The notes beneath the pieces are model-generated. The model made no database searches, was not told the origin of the DNA, and saw only the letters and a list, made by a program, of their open reading frames with translations. Position numbers and translations under genes: made by a program. Below, piece after piece: positions 39,185-53,033 of a stretch of DNA of 64,000 nt. Within the stretch, counting starts at the first letter, position 1. The number at the start of each line of letters is the position of its first letter. The stretch comes from Octopus sinensis (taxonomy: Eukaryota): NCBI RefSeq assembly GCF_006345805.1, contig NC_043004.1:74772001-74836000 (forward strand). The letters are read 5' to 3'.

Positions 39185-39410
39185 TTTATTGCCCACAAGG
39201 GGCTAAACATAGAGGGGACAAACAAGGACAGAAAAAGGGATTAAGTAGATTACATCGACCCCAGTGCGTAACTGGTACTTTATTTATCGACCCCGAAAGG
39301 ATGAAGGCAAAGTCGACCTCGGCGGATTTTTAACTCAGAACGTAGCGACAGACGAAATACTGCTAAGCATTTCGCCCGGCGTGCTAACGTTTCTGCCAGC
39401 TCGCCGCCTT
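39185..39410 (-). mobile_element. Octopus SINE
   Basis: Full-length reverse copy of the 1284 family. Confidence 0.9.
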
Positions 39411-40400
39411 ATATGTAAAATATATATAGTATAAAATTGAGATAAAAGAAAAGAATATTTAAATATGCAAGAGAGGAATTATACAATAAAATAAAATAAA
39501 AGATAAGATAGATCGTAAAAATTATTAATCAACTGCTAGAGATGAATTATTTTCATTGCTTTGGTAAAAGATACAATTCAGGAAAATTGTAGCTGAGAAG
39601 CGTTCACATTATTATGTGTCATATTTTTAATCAAGTATAGATAAAGGTCTAAAAAAATTGACCATTAAGTTATATATCGTTTAAGCCTTATTTATCAACC
39701 GTGAGTCAGATATGAATATATGAAAAGTATATATTCAAATTAATGTGTTTACACATTGGCACATGCATACATATATTTACTTACGTGCGCATACACATAT
39801 ATAAATACCTATATAAACATATATATGTACATATGCATACACATGTACAAATATATACATATATACTCGCACATACAAGCGTATATCAACACATACTACA
39901 TAGCTATTCTTATATATATATATAAACTCTTTGTCAAACATATATATTTTTATTAAATATTTGTTATCAGCAAAGTTAAGTTTTTAAGGTTATGGTAGGG
40001 GGAGTTTAATACTTAGGATTATATGGTTAAGATGTCAGAAAAAGGAAAGCTGAACGAGGGTGAGAAGAGGAACAAATAAACTATAAAATAATGAACTAAA
40101 GGTAGTAGAATATGGGGGAGCATGTATTTGGGTATATGTTATAAAGTAGTATAATATATTTGTAATTATTAATTATTAACTATATAAATATGTAAATTGG
40201 AGATTATTTCATAAAAAGAAGGAATAACATATTACGTAATATGAAGAAAACCAGCGTGTCTATATTTATGTATTATGGTCGATTCTTTACGAAGAGTATT
40301 GATATTTAAAGATAAGTAAACGAATATGAATTATATTATAATTTACTTTACTATGGAAAAATAAGAAATAAATAATAGATATGCAATAAATGTATAGGTA

Positions 40401-40617
40401 AAGGCGGCGAGCTGGCAGAAACGTTAGCACGCCGGGCGAAATGCTTAGCGATATTTCGTCTGTCGCTACGTTCTAAGTTCAAATTCCGCCGAGGTCGACT
40501 TTGCCTTTCATCCTTTCGGGGTCGATGAATTAAGTACCAGTTGCGTACTGAGGTCGATCTAATCGACTTTTCCCCTTCCCCAAAATTTCGGGCCTTGTGC
40601 CGAGAGCAAAAAAGAAT
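40401..40617 (+). mobile_element. Octopus SINE
   Basis: AAGGCGGCGAGCTGGCAGAAACGTTAGCACGCCGGGCG head. Confidence 0.9.
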
Positions 40618-41149
40618 AAATATATAGGTATGGGAATGTTACTTTCATATATTACGAAAGAAATAGGATTGAATGATTATTGGAATAAAACGATATATAT
40701 ATATAACCAATTGTGCATATGTTAGAAATATATGTTATTAATAAGTATATTTAGGCATGATATTATGTAATTACATAATGCATAAAATTATAGATATAAA
40801 TTCTGGCTCTAATAAGGATTTAATTAATTCAGTTTCAAATTTAGTAAAGTATTAATGGTTAATCAGGAACCTAACAATAAGTGATATTAATAATTACAGA
40901 ATGATTAATGATGTTTATAAAATATATATTTAGGAGTGTGTAGGCATGGGGAGAATTTCTCAACTCTCTCGTTTAATAATTTATTATTAGAAAAAGAATA
41001 TTATAGCGCTCCGATGTGCAGACTTGACAATTTTTATCTGGAGGATGGCAAGAATTTGCAAAACATATAATCTCCTATATACGGATTTTCGTATATGACT
41101 CCGTAGAACCAAGATAGAAAACGTACTTACCTTCAGCTTCAACTATAGC

Positions 41150-42500
41150 TTAGTATACTAAATTCTTCCGTTTGCAATGATTATTAAATTAACATTGTCC
41201 GTTAAGCCTACAATCGCAAAACTTACTCGGTTTGCCACTAGAATTTGCAGGTGGGTTAAGGGCAGTAATCTTCCCTTGATTGCTTTTATTAGAACATTGT
41301 GAATCGAGAATAAGTGGTACATTTTTCTATGAGGAAGAATAAGCTTACGTTTAGCATAAACATTATCTACTTTTGAAGACGAATTATGGAAACCACTAAG
41401 AAATATCAAATTCGTGAAGAACCAACTCAGAGATCAACACCAGCGGAAATTAAGTTCAATAATTTTGGATTTAAACTCTAAACGAGCTATATTGGTTTAA
41501 TCTGACAAAATAGGAAATATATATGATTTGAACATTGATGTATATCATGATCTACTTAGGAAGGAAATCACCAAAAAGTACACGATAGTTTCCAGAAATA
41601 CTTTAAGAAAAATTTATCTTGAAGCTAAAAAAATAAGACTGAATACGCTATTGAAGATACAACCGAACCTTTTTTCCTTTAAGGCCTAGAATTTCTTTAA
41701 AGGGCCACAGTGATAATTTTTAAACAAACACTGAAGTTAGATTAATCTGCCGTGCAAGATCGGACATAGGTAAACTAAGTAAATGTATTATGAATAAATA
41801 TACAGAACTCAAGAACAAAAGTAAACTCAAACGCATGAGGCAATAGATTGGTTCATCAAAATAGAAAATATAAATAAATGCAAATTCTTACAGGTAGATA
41901 TTAACGACTATTACACATCAGTTGACGCAACAGTCATAAACAGTGCCCTTATATTTACTAAAATAATACTAAATTGTCTAGGAAAGAAATTCAAATCATA
42001 CTAACAGCCAAAATATCAATAATTAATTTCCATAATAAATTGTAAGCCCGCAAGGATACACCTGACTGCTTTGGTGTGGCCATGGATTTAGTCGGTTTAT
42101 ACATTCTATATAAGTTAAATAGTGAATTTTCTGAAACAAGGGGTAGTCTGTAAAGGGATGATGCACTATTCATCATCAAAATCCATTCAAACAGAAAACT
42201 AAAATTATACAAGAAAAGAATCCACCAGTTCGTTAACCGACTTGGGTTTAATATTTCTATTTATATAGAACATAACTCAGTTAATTTTTAGACTTGAATT
42301 CTAACCTTATTTCTGGAAAATATGCGTCATACCATAAGCCTAATTCCAAAATCACGTATATTAATATAAAAAGTAATCATCCTAAGTCAATTATTAATTG
42401 TTTAGTTAATAATATCGTACAAAGAATAAATTACCGCTCATCTAACGAAGATATATTTACCAATAACAAGGAATTATATAATATTGCATTAGAAAAAGCA
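41150..42500 (+). mobile_element. Degenerate Penelope-like element, RT fragment
   Basis: VRLICRARSDIGKLSK, CKFLQVDINDYYTSV, YHKPNSKITYINIKSNHPKSII...IFTNNKELYNIAL. Confidence 0.8.
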
Positions 42501-42501
42501 G

Positions 42502-43880
42502 AATGTTGATCGATTGCTTCGAAAAAGTATAGCGAATTGGAGGACGGACTTGACAGCATCTGGAAGAACCTAAGGGACAATGGGAATCAGGAGAAGCATC
42601 TTTCTAAAGGGTCTGCCTGTCCCCACTGGTCTTTGTACTCTGCATGATAACACTAACACTGATTCTGAGGAAAGCAATGTCTGGATATGTATTCAAAAGC
42701 CGTCAACAAAAAAGTCAACCACTTAATATTCACGAATAACCTCAAACTTTATGGTAAAGATGAAGCCCAAGTCAGTTCCCTCGTTGATACGGTGTATACT
42801 TTCAGTGCTGATATTAGAATGGAGTTCGGACTTAAACGTGTGGTGAGTTAGTCTTGAAGAGAGGCAAAATCAAATTTATAGATGGGATGGCGATACCGTC
42901 GGTGGAGGTTATGGAGCAGATAGAAAAGACGGGCTATAAGTACTTGGAGATACAGAAGATAAATAAATTGATGGAGAAAGAAATGACAGAAAATTTTTAG
43001 GTGGAGTACTTGCACAGACTGAGACTGATACTTAAGTCAGAATTAAACGGATGGAATAAGATTGAAGCTATCAACAGCTGGGCGATTTCAATAATTAGAT
43101 ATAGACCAGGGATAAACACATGGACGGTAGACGAGCTAAACAGCTTAGACAGAAAGACAAGAAAGTTGCTGACTAGATATGGGATTCTCAACCCCAAAAG
43201 TGACAAAACAGACTGAATACACCAAGAAAAAGAGGCAGAGGGGGGGCTGATTGAACGCGTACTCAGTATTAGAGCAGAAGAAAACAACGTAGCATGGTAT
43301 GCAAAAAGATGCCACAGAACCACTATTGTTGGAAGTGAGAAGGTCAGGCTTGTGTAGGACGGAAGGTTGCAAAGATAAAGCACTGTACAAGCAATTGAAC
43401 ACGAATGAAACTGAAAATAGGTGGATAAACAAAAGAATTCATGAACAATTTCATTGGAATGCTGAAGACAAGGCAGATGGAGAACAAAGATGGTTATGAA
43501 TGACTAAAAGTGATTTAAAACCGGAAACGGAGGATCTAATCTGTGCTGCCTAAGAGCAAGCATTAAGAACCAATTAAATTAAATACAGAAAAACAACAGA
43601 AAGTGATAAGTGCAGAACTTGTAGACAAAATAGTGAAACAGTATGGCATATTACCAGTCAATGTACGCCACTAGCCCAGTAGACAACGTGGCAATATAGC
43701 AAGGAATGTCTTTTGGACACTTCGCTACATGTATGGACTTGACACAGCCAAAAGGTGGTAGAAACATAAACCCGAAGGCATCCTCGAAAATGATAATGCA
43801 AAGATCCTATGAGATTTTATGATTCAGTGCGACCATGAGATAGGGAATATGACACCAGACAAAGTGTTGAGAAAATAACC
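42502..43880 (+). mobile_element. R4/Dong-like LINE, RT + CCHC + REL fragment, degenerate
   Basis: KVNHLIFTNNLKLYGK, LRLILKSELNGWNKIEAINSWAISIIRY, LDRKTRKLL, KCRTCRQNSETVWHITSQC, ILENDNAKIL. Confidence 0.9.
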
Positions 43881-44333
43881 GTGAATCTGACCCATTTCAC
43901 GGTCAGCTTCAGCTGGATTCCAGCATTTCTCTACTGTATACATGGGATATGGTAGTGTTTTGAAAATGTGTTTCATCTGATGATTATTATTTTTTGAATT
44001 GACGTAATGTTATATATACATATATAACTTACTTGGAAATGGATGCATGGAGTTCAATTAAATAATAAATAGTAAACTAACTATGACATATATGGTACAA
44101 GCAACATGGAATACGTAAAGAAACGGGTTTAATACATAAACGAGATAAAATTGAAGAACTGGATAAGTAAACTCAGACAATTCTGGAAATGACGAGTAGA
44201 TAGGCATCCGACAACTGATGAAGGTCCTTTCTCGGTGTTTACTTGTTCTGTTCTCCATTTTTCTCGTCTTTGTATTTAACCCGTTTGTTTACGTATTTCA
44301 TGTTGTTTGAACCGTTGTTGATGTCCTGTACCC

Positions 44334-44398
<65 letters not shown>

Positions 44399-44868
44399 TG
44401 TATATATACATAATTTAGAGAAAAACCACTATTAAACAATTCAATAAAGAAGATGTTATTCACACCATATCGAAAACATATACTATAAAAAAAACTTATT
44501 TTAAATTAATAAAGTACAATAATAGTAAACAGTAGTAAAAAGACTACGCACGTTTTATGGCTTTATTTTCAAATACATAATAATAATAATAATATCAATT
44601 CGATTCAAAATTAAATCGTACTAAAATTAATTCTATTTAAAAATATAGTCACTCATCAGGTCTAAGATAATAAATAATAATAAACAATAATAATAGTAGA
44701 ATAAATGTATTTATCTTAACTTATACTAATTATCAAAGAAATATATAAAAAATTCGTGGTTTTTCTCTAAATTATATACATATAATATATATTGTGAAAT
44801 TTGATTTATAATTGTTAAATTGAATTTTTCCCTGTAAGTTTTGGAATTATATTCCCTACTATGATATA

Positions 44869-44951
<83 letters not shown>

Positions 44952-45299
44952 GAGGTTGAGTTGAATTAGGTACTTAAGGTGAGGCACCAAATCTGCCCAG
45001 TATTGTCTGCACAGTTCGAAGTTAGATGTATAAAAAACTAATAAGTAATAACGATGTGCAGGCATTACGGCCGCTTCAAGCAGCTCCATTTACTCGATCA
45101 ATGCAAACATTACATGAGTTTGAAATAAACTGCACTCCTCGGATGCGTATGACCATATTGACTTCCCTACATACAGGATACTACATTAAATTTTTTAGAA
45201 ATTTTTTTATCAGTACTAGAGACTAAAATACATTGCTCCTTTTTGCTATTTCTGTAGTAGAATAAATTTAGGGAAAGAATACCTAAAGCCTACTATAAT

Positions 45300-48200
45300 T
45301 TAGAGCGACAGAAGAATAGTTAAGTTCATTTTTTGGCTCAAAAAGCAAAAAGCAAGGCCATGTAGGGGGACGTGGAGTTATTTACAGGGGTGTTCATGCA
45401 AAGAGTTCAGGCCATTTCTGGTCAAGAGAGGCTTTGAACCGAGCGGTCGTCGGCATCTTCACTATCTCGTCCGGCAGGTTATTCCACGGATCCGTAACTC
45501 GGACGGGGAAAGCCCCTCTCCTTCGATTGAGATGAAATCGTCGCAGATAGAGCTTTTCGGAGTGACCCCGTAGTCTACGCTCTGGAGCAGGAGTGAAGAA
45601 CAGCTCTTTCGAGAGGTTACACTTTCCGCTTATGATGTTGTGAACAAGAATGAGATCACCACGGCGTCGTCGTTTTTCTAGAGAATAAATGTCGAGCGTC
45701 TTCAGCCTTTCTTCATAAGACAAATGCTTGAGACCAAGAACCATGCGGGTAGCCAGCTTCTGGACTCTTTCGAGATGATGTATGTCTTTGAGGAGATAAG
45801 GAGATGAGGCTTCAACCCCGTACTCCAATATAGGTCTCACCAGCGTGACATAGAGCGGTAGGACTATGGCTACTGTGAGCATTCCGTATGACCGTCGAAT
45901 CAAAAACAGAACTCCGCGTGCTTTGTTGGTAGCATGAACGCACTGGGCCGAAGGCGAAAAGGAAGAATTCACCAAGATACCCAGGTCCTTTACCTGGTCG
46001 GTCCTCTCCAGCAGCAGACGACCCTGCTCGAAATCAAGTTGAGTTGCAGGAGAAGAGCCAACAGGCAGATGACAGCACTTTGACACGTTCAGACACAGGT
46101 CCCATTCGTTAGACCATCTCCAAACTTGGTGGAGGCATCGACGAAGATCATCTATATCACCACGAGGAGCGACCAGTTTGACATCATCGGCAAACAGAAG
46201 GGTGTGTTGCGTGAGGTCGTCGGGCAAGTCATTTATGAAGAGTAAAAAAATAAGGGCCCAAGCACTGAACCTTGAGGCACGCCACTGCTCGCACTGGAGA
46301 CGTCGGACAGCGAACCATTAACTTGGACTTGGAAGAAGCGATCTGAGAGGAAGGCACCAACCCATCGTACAATATCCGGATGGAAACTATATGCTTGAAG
46401 CTTGACAAGTAATAGGCGGTGGTTAACCGAGTCAAAAGCTTTGGCAAAGTCCAATAGAACGATGTCAACAACATCACCATCATCCAGAATACGCGTCACC
46501 AATTCTTCCATTACCAGTAAGTTGGTCAAGCATGATCTCTTCGGCACGAAGCTGTGTTGGGAATCAGAGATAGAGGCTGTGTTTTGGAGGTGGAGCAACA
46601 TACTTTTCTTAAGGATGGTTTCGAACATCTTGCTGATTATTGAAGTAAGGGAAACCGGTCGGTAGTTAAGCGGGTCTTTGCGGCTCCCTTTCTTGAAAAT
46701 TGGGCAGATTATCGCTGTTCTCCAGTCCGCAAGTATAACACCCGTCGCCAATGACATGTTGAATACAAGTGTTAAAGGTTCGCAGATGACCGGAGACAAC
46801 GCTTTGATAACCTGTGGGTGTATGCCATCAGGGCCGTGACCCTAGTTGACATCGAGGCCTTGAATAACGCGCTCGACTTCGTCCCGAGTGATGACCAATC
46901 TAGGCATTGGAGGTACCGATCTATCAAATGGAGGGGGTTCACGACCATCATCTTGTTTGAAAATTGTTGAAAAAGCCTTGGCAAATAACTGACTCTGCTG
47001 ATAAGGGTCCTTAATCGATACGCCTGTTGAGTCTACCAACGTTGCAATTCGGTTGTTCAAGCGGGAATTCCGTTGGACATGGGCAAAGAAGGGTTTTGGA
47101 TTGCGACTTGCGTTTGCCACGATTCTGTATTCATATCTGAAGCGTTCTTCCTTTTCAATTTTCACGGCTCGGTCTTGTTGAGTTTTGTACAACTCAAAAG
47201 CTGCAGTCGAGTCCAGATTTTTGAATTCAACCCAAGCAATATCTCTGAGTCTAAGTTCTCGTTTAACCTTCTTCGTCACCCAGGGCTTGTGTTTCTTCTT
47301 CTTGGGAAGCCCAACGGGAACTGCTTGGTCAGTCAACCAGATTACATATGCCTTGAGGGACGACCATAGTTCGTCAACTGAGTACATCGTCATCAGAGAT
47401 CGCCAGTTCAGAAGCGAGGAAGTCTCGGTTAGAATTTCAAGATTGATTGCAGAGAATACTCTGCGTGGCAGCGAAGTAGTCGTGGGCGTAGAAAATGTTG
47501 TGTGCATGTCGAACTTCAGGACCACGTGATCACTCTTGGCAAGAGGGGCGCACACAGATAAGCCTGACACTGATCTTGGATAGCGGGAGTATACCAGATC
47601 CAGCATAGATGGCTGCTGCCCAGACCGATGCCTTGTCAGATATTCAACATGTTGCGATAGAAAACAATCTTCAGCCACGTCAAGAAGGGCCCGGCTGAAC
47701 CGGGAATATGATGTACAAATTGATGCGGGCCCGTCGATCGTGGGAGCGTTGAAGTCTCCTAATATCAAACAGTCATGAGAAGCTGAAACGAATCTTATCG
47801 CTTCGAGTAAATGAGCATCGTCCTGGGGGTCGGCAAGAGGCGGCCTGTAGACAGCTAACACGGGCAGGCAAAACCCGGATAGGCTAAGCTTGCAATAGAC
47901 GGCATCGAATTTTGTTGTAGGTTGAGCATTAGTGGGTAGAATACCGCTGGACGGTTTGAGATCAGATTTAACATACACAGCAACACCTCCACCTCGCCCT
48001 TTTTCTCTGTCACATCTGAAGAGGGTGTAGCCCTGTAGGTGGAATTCCGAGTCCTTTACTGCTGGAGTCAGCCAAGTCTCGGTGGTAGCTATCACATCTG
48101 GGGAATCATGCATGGCCAGTGTAAATAATTCGCTGAACTTAGGAAATAAGGAGCACGAGTTGGTATAGACGATGCTGAGCTGTGAAGTTTGAGGGGCGGG

Positions 48201-48300
48201 AATTAGGGAACAAGCAGAATAAGGGGTATCAGAGATAGCATCGTTGTCGGGGGTGTCTACTTTACTTCGATTCGCCCTCGATTCACTTTCCCTTTCAGCA
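45300..48300 (-). mobile_element. Relatively young CR1-type LINE: nearly complete ORF2 (APE endonuclease + RT) with one stop and one frameshift
   Basis: YTNSCSL..PDVIATTETWL..GRGGGVAVYV..ILGDFNAP..SDH (APE); NYRPVSLTSI, DFAKAFDSVNH, GVPQGSVLGP, FADDVKL (RT). A TAG at 46842-46844 falls in-frame before GHGPDG, and there is a frameshift near 46230. Confidence 0.97.
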
Positions 48301-48654
48301 CTACAGCATGCGACCAGAGGTAGGACTTATATATAATGGAAAATGTGCATCTAAACTTAGTAAAATTTACCTATTAACAGAAATTTTGAAAAGGATTTCA
48401 GGATTCAGTAAGAGAAGAAGGATAGATAAAACAATGGACGTCATAAGATGAGGAACTTTTATATAAAAAGAAACCCCATAATGCTTATTTCTAGCATAAT
48501 GTTAAGGCGGTCATAGTAAAACTATTCAACAATGAATCTTTAATAAAATTCAGCTATCGTCCGGTATAAATATTCTATTGAATCAAAGCAAAGATTAAGG
48601 TCTAAAAAGTAAGATAAATATTTCTATAATATGTACATTTATTTAAAAACCTTG

Positions 48655-48697
<43 letters not shown>

Positions 48698-48744
48698 CTA
48701 ACATTTCCAAAAATTTGAAAAGAATATAAGATGGCATAAAAATA

Positions 48745-48798
<54 letters not shown>

Positions 48799-48957
48799 CA
48801 TTAGAGATAAAACCACTATTATGCAACTCAAACAGTGATAGACATAAACCAAAACATGAATAACAAATAAAATATATTTTTATAAAACATATAACTAGAT
48901 CTCAAAATGTATAAAAATGAATGATCAATATATAAGTACTCCCTAATATTATTATTG

Positions 48958-49040
<83 letters not shown>

Positions 49041-49124
49041 TAATAAAGTGGAATTGTAGGGTACCGCACGAGTGGAATTATATACGAAAGAAGGTTTGAA
49101 AAGGCAATTTTAAAAAATGTTTAT

Positions 49125-49169
49125 TTACTTTACCGGTTTCACTCTTTGGAAAAAGATTGTCAAAAGTAA
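49125..49169 (-). ncRNA. Hammerhead-like motif, U3-A8 core, imperfect stem II
   Basis: Minus strand: TTACTT-TTGACAA-TCTTTTTCCAAAGAGT-GAAA-CCGG-TA-AAGTAA. Stem I is perfect; stem II is out of register by 2 nt. Confidence 0.5.
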
Positions 49170-49220
49170 CATGTAGAAGTTTGGTTGCTTTAATTATTTG
49201 TTGTTACAAAATGCTACATT

Positions 49221-49620
49221 ACATATATACAGTCTTTGGTAACAAGGACATGTTAAGGACATAAAAAAGTTTAACAAGTTCCTTAAAATATTGGGCACAA
49301 AAGATTACAACATAAATAATCATTCTCAAGAACATGTTAAAGATAGTTTCCAGAAGGAATTATTAAAAAGTTCAGTAGGATATTGGTATTGTATCTGTAC
49401 TTTCAAACACGCACAGAATATTGGTTGACACAGAGTACTACAATACATATATATACATTCTTTGGTGACAAGAGCATGTTAAGAACATAAAAAAGTTTAA
49501 CAAGTTCATTGAAATATTGGGCAGAAAAGATTACAACAAATATATTATACATTCTCAAGATAATTTCCAGAAGGAATTATTAAAAAGTTCAGTGGAATAT
49601 TGGTATACACGCACAGAATA
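49221..49620. repeat. ~220-bp tandem duplication
   Basis: CATAAAAAAGTTTAACAAGTTC...TTCCAGAAGGAATTATTAAAAAGTTCAGT occurs twice. Confidence 0.85.
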
Positions 49621-49767
49621 TTATGACTTCAAAAAGGTTTACATTATAATAGTAGGGAAGCTAAAACTGACCTGTCCACCATTACGTTAACATGATGGAT
49701 ATACTTGTATTTCCGTCAAGGCAAAAAGAATAACAACAGCACTCTTCTTTGCAACAAACAGCTAGCT

Positions 49768-50200
49768 TCAGGCCTGCACGTAGGTTCGATACGCGTTGCA
49801 AACATGTTTTAAACGAGATTTCAACGACTCTACAACAGCCAAGCAAGCGGCAGTGTGGAACTTGCAGGCGGTAGTGTGGTACTTGCAGGCGATGGTAGCA
49901 GACGTGGTATTTTTATTGTGTTAAACAGGCGTTCAGAGTGGAAGTGTTGTTGTTTTCACTTGCAAAAATCTAAACCCATACAAAATGGGTAGGTTTCTTA
50001 TTAAAAAGAAGTGTGATGTTGATGAATGTGAACCTAGAAGTGAGCAAAACTGAAGTGAAGCAAATAAGAAACTGAAACCGCAGCCTACTCGAAAGTACGA
50101 TGCAAGTTATTTAAGCCTTGGTTTCACATGGACTGGAACCCAAGACCCTCTTTTGCCGCTATGTTTAGTATGTGGAAATAAAATGTCAAATGTCAAAATG
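49768..50200 (+). mobile_element. hAT (Buster/Charlie-like) 5' fragment with BED zinc-finger start
   Basis: RKYDASYLSLGFTWTGTQDPLLPLCLVCGNKMSN. Truncated at the 50201 repeat. Confidence 0.8.
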
Positions 50201-51003
50201 TCTGCTACTACGGTTCTTTTGCACTTATTCTTTACTCATTAATTTTCTAGTTTTCATCGCAATTGAATAGTTTTCTAATGAAATACAACAGGCAGTGCGT
50301 ATCAACACACATACTGAGCACTTGTGAGTACATTCGAGATGATAAAGGAACACGTATAGGCACAGATACAAAAAGAGATGCTGAGTGAGAGAGAAGCAAA
50401 TGTATTTTATAAGTAATTATTTTCATGTCTGCATAAACCTCATGTAGGGGCATGGCTTGGTGGTTGGTAGGTTCATCTGAACATCATAAGATCGTTCTTT
50501 CGATCCCTTGACATTTGATGTGTTGAATCCTTCATTACATAGTTTCATCTTACGCGGGTGAAATGAGTGTGAGTATAGCCTGCTCTCATTCCCTGTCTAA
50601 TACTTCGTCGCTGTTCCTCTGGATCTTGTGCGATAAGACCAAGGGAGTGTCTACGTTTCTTTGTGACTATAGAGATGCCAAAAACTAGTAGCAAAATCCT
50701 TTTACATGTTACCATATCACACTCTCCAACGCGTGAAATATACTCTCCCTCCTCATTAATTCTATGAGCTAATCAATTATGGAGTTTTAGTACAGCCAGG
50801 TTAATTATATTGCTAATTATATGCTAATTATATATTAAATATGTTAATTATATTTCTGATTATATACTGAAGGACTATGCACAGTTAAAATTTAGGACCG
50901 GAATTTCAGGCTGCAATTATTCTACTCCGCTTTAAACAATTGAACATGAATACCACCAAGTGCAACAGAATGACTGAGATATTCAAAATTAGCATGTTGC
51001 TTA
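50201..51003 (+). repeat. Second copy of the 19388-20175 dispersed repeat
   Basis: Collinear identity blocks as listed for 19388-20175. Confidence 0.9.
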
Positions 51004-51015
51004 TTGTGTGGCATC

Positions 51016-51350
51016 CTGGGCAAGTGTCTTCTACTATAGCCTCGGACCGACCAAAGCCTTGTCAACGGATTTGGTAGATGACAGCTGAAAGAAGCCCATG
51101 GTATATGTATCTATGTATGTATGTATGTATGTATTATGTATGTATATGTTTGTATATGTGTTTATCCCCCCACCATCACTTGACAACCGATGCTAGTCTG
51201 TTTATGTGCCCCGTAACATAGCGAGTCAACAAAAATGACCGATAGATTAAGTACTAGGCTTACAAAGAATAAGCCTTGGGGTCGATTTGTTCGACTAAAG
51301 GCGGTGCTCCAGCATGACCGCAGTCATATGACTGAAACAAATAAAATAAT
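51016..51350 (+). mobile_element. Composite SINE (Meta-like core, microsatellite, LINE-like 3' tail)
   Basis: GGGCAAGTGTCTTCTACTATAGCCTCGG...AAAGGCGGTGCTCCAGCATGACCGCAG. Confidence 0.82.
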
Positions 51351-51394
51351 AAAAGACAACAACAACAACAACGACAACAACAACAACAATGATG

Positions 51395-51445
<51 letters not shown>

Positions 51446-51829
51446 GTAATAATCCTTTCTTCTATATGCACAAGGCCTGAAATTTTGTTGAGAGTGGTTG
51501 GTGCTTGTCGGTTACATCGAACTTGTAATAATAGTAAAGAATAAGCGGAGCAGGACTCGGTTTGTAATAGAGTCTTTACTTCACGGTTTCAACAATATTT
51601 CATTAGATCGTCTTCATTCGTCAGGTTCAAAATGTAAAATGAAAGAAAATATAAGGCAGAAACACAGAAATTGAATAAAATCCAGAAACACAGAAATTCG
51701 AAATATAAGCGAGGAGATCCTGCGTTCCTATTTTTATAAAATTACATCATGCATCATTTTATCGAAATACAAGTGGTAAAGGGAAAAAGAAGGGAAACAA
51801 CGCACTCACAGACAAAAATATCCACAGAA

Positions 51830-52790
51830 TTTGGCTGTCCATAACAGTTCCTGCCAACTTGACCTCGCTCAATTTCCTAAAGGTGACCCTAAACCAGGAA
51901 ACGGACAAGTTATACCCTTACAAGGAGGCCAAAAAAGAAACTGTGTACTTCCACATAAGTTTCTATCACCACCCTGACTCCCACTGTAGCTAGAAGCCCA
52001 ATCCAGTTTCAGGCGTTAGCAGAATATTCAAGCTTTCTCCATATCCAAGACCCCTCCCCACTACAATAATGCATTGGCGACGAGTTGGTTTACTGAGAAG
52101 CTACCATATGTGAAGGAAATTCGCACTTGAAGAGGAGCAAAAAGGGAAAGATAGTCAACCTTCCATGTAACTTAAAAGTTTTCACCAACTAGATGGGAAT
52201 TTCCTGTCGTTGATTATGAAGTATTTCTTCGGGGGCTACAAGTACTATACGCTTTCCAACCCACATAACATCAAGATGCGCTACTCCTACTTAGATAAAA
52301 TCGCATCTAACATTATACGTGTAAAATAGATGCAAACATGCACCTGCACCGTCTCTAACCCGGACTCGTAACGGCTGAAATGCTACCAGCTGCCCTCTAG
52401 GACGATCTTACCTCTCAAGGGCTATAGTCTACAGATTTAACCCTACACATATTGTACCCGCAACTGCCAACTGTCTCCGTGGAATATTGCACATCGTCCA
52501 CCAACCTACATTATCTATTAGCAAGAAATACGAACTATCTTATTACTACCTCCTGATCAACTTCAAACCATTGGCTGCCCGTAGGCATTGTTGGATAGAT
52601 TTCTTATCCAACGATGCTTACGCAGACTGCAGACCAACCCCTCCAAACCGTTACAGCCCCTGTATACCTATATTCACTTCCACAATAATGGTGTGGCACG
52701 CAAACTCACCCACAAAGGGATAGATTTATCTACACAGACCTATACGCGCACACATAAACACACACACATACACGCTTACATACATAGACA
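51830..52790 (+). mobile_element. Degenerate Penelope-like element, RT C-terminus and GIY-YIG region
   Basis: ANLTSLNFLKVTLNQETDKLYPYK...HHP, with C-terminal CxxC / RH remnants. Confidence 0.7.
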
Positions 52791-52953
52791 CACCTCTACG
52801 AATACTTCCCCTTTCTCATCCCCCCCACATCCCCACCTCAAACCAACGCCTGTTACCCCATCCCGGCAATGCTGACGCAACTACGCTAATATACATCTAT
52901 CCCACCCACACGCATTAATGCCAAAAACATGAATATATTCATATATATATATA

Positions 52954-53033
<80 letters not shown>

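Noticed and set aside
44204-44323. CATCCGACAA-CTGATGA...TTGTTGATG hammerhead-like remnant
   Set aside because: The GAAA/NUH half is damaged and there is no credible stem II; probably a dead HHR, so it is not counted.
51560-51630. Minus-strand CTGACGA...GAAACCG motif
   Set aside because: No UH site in register and no stem I pairing.
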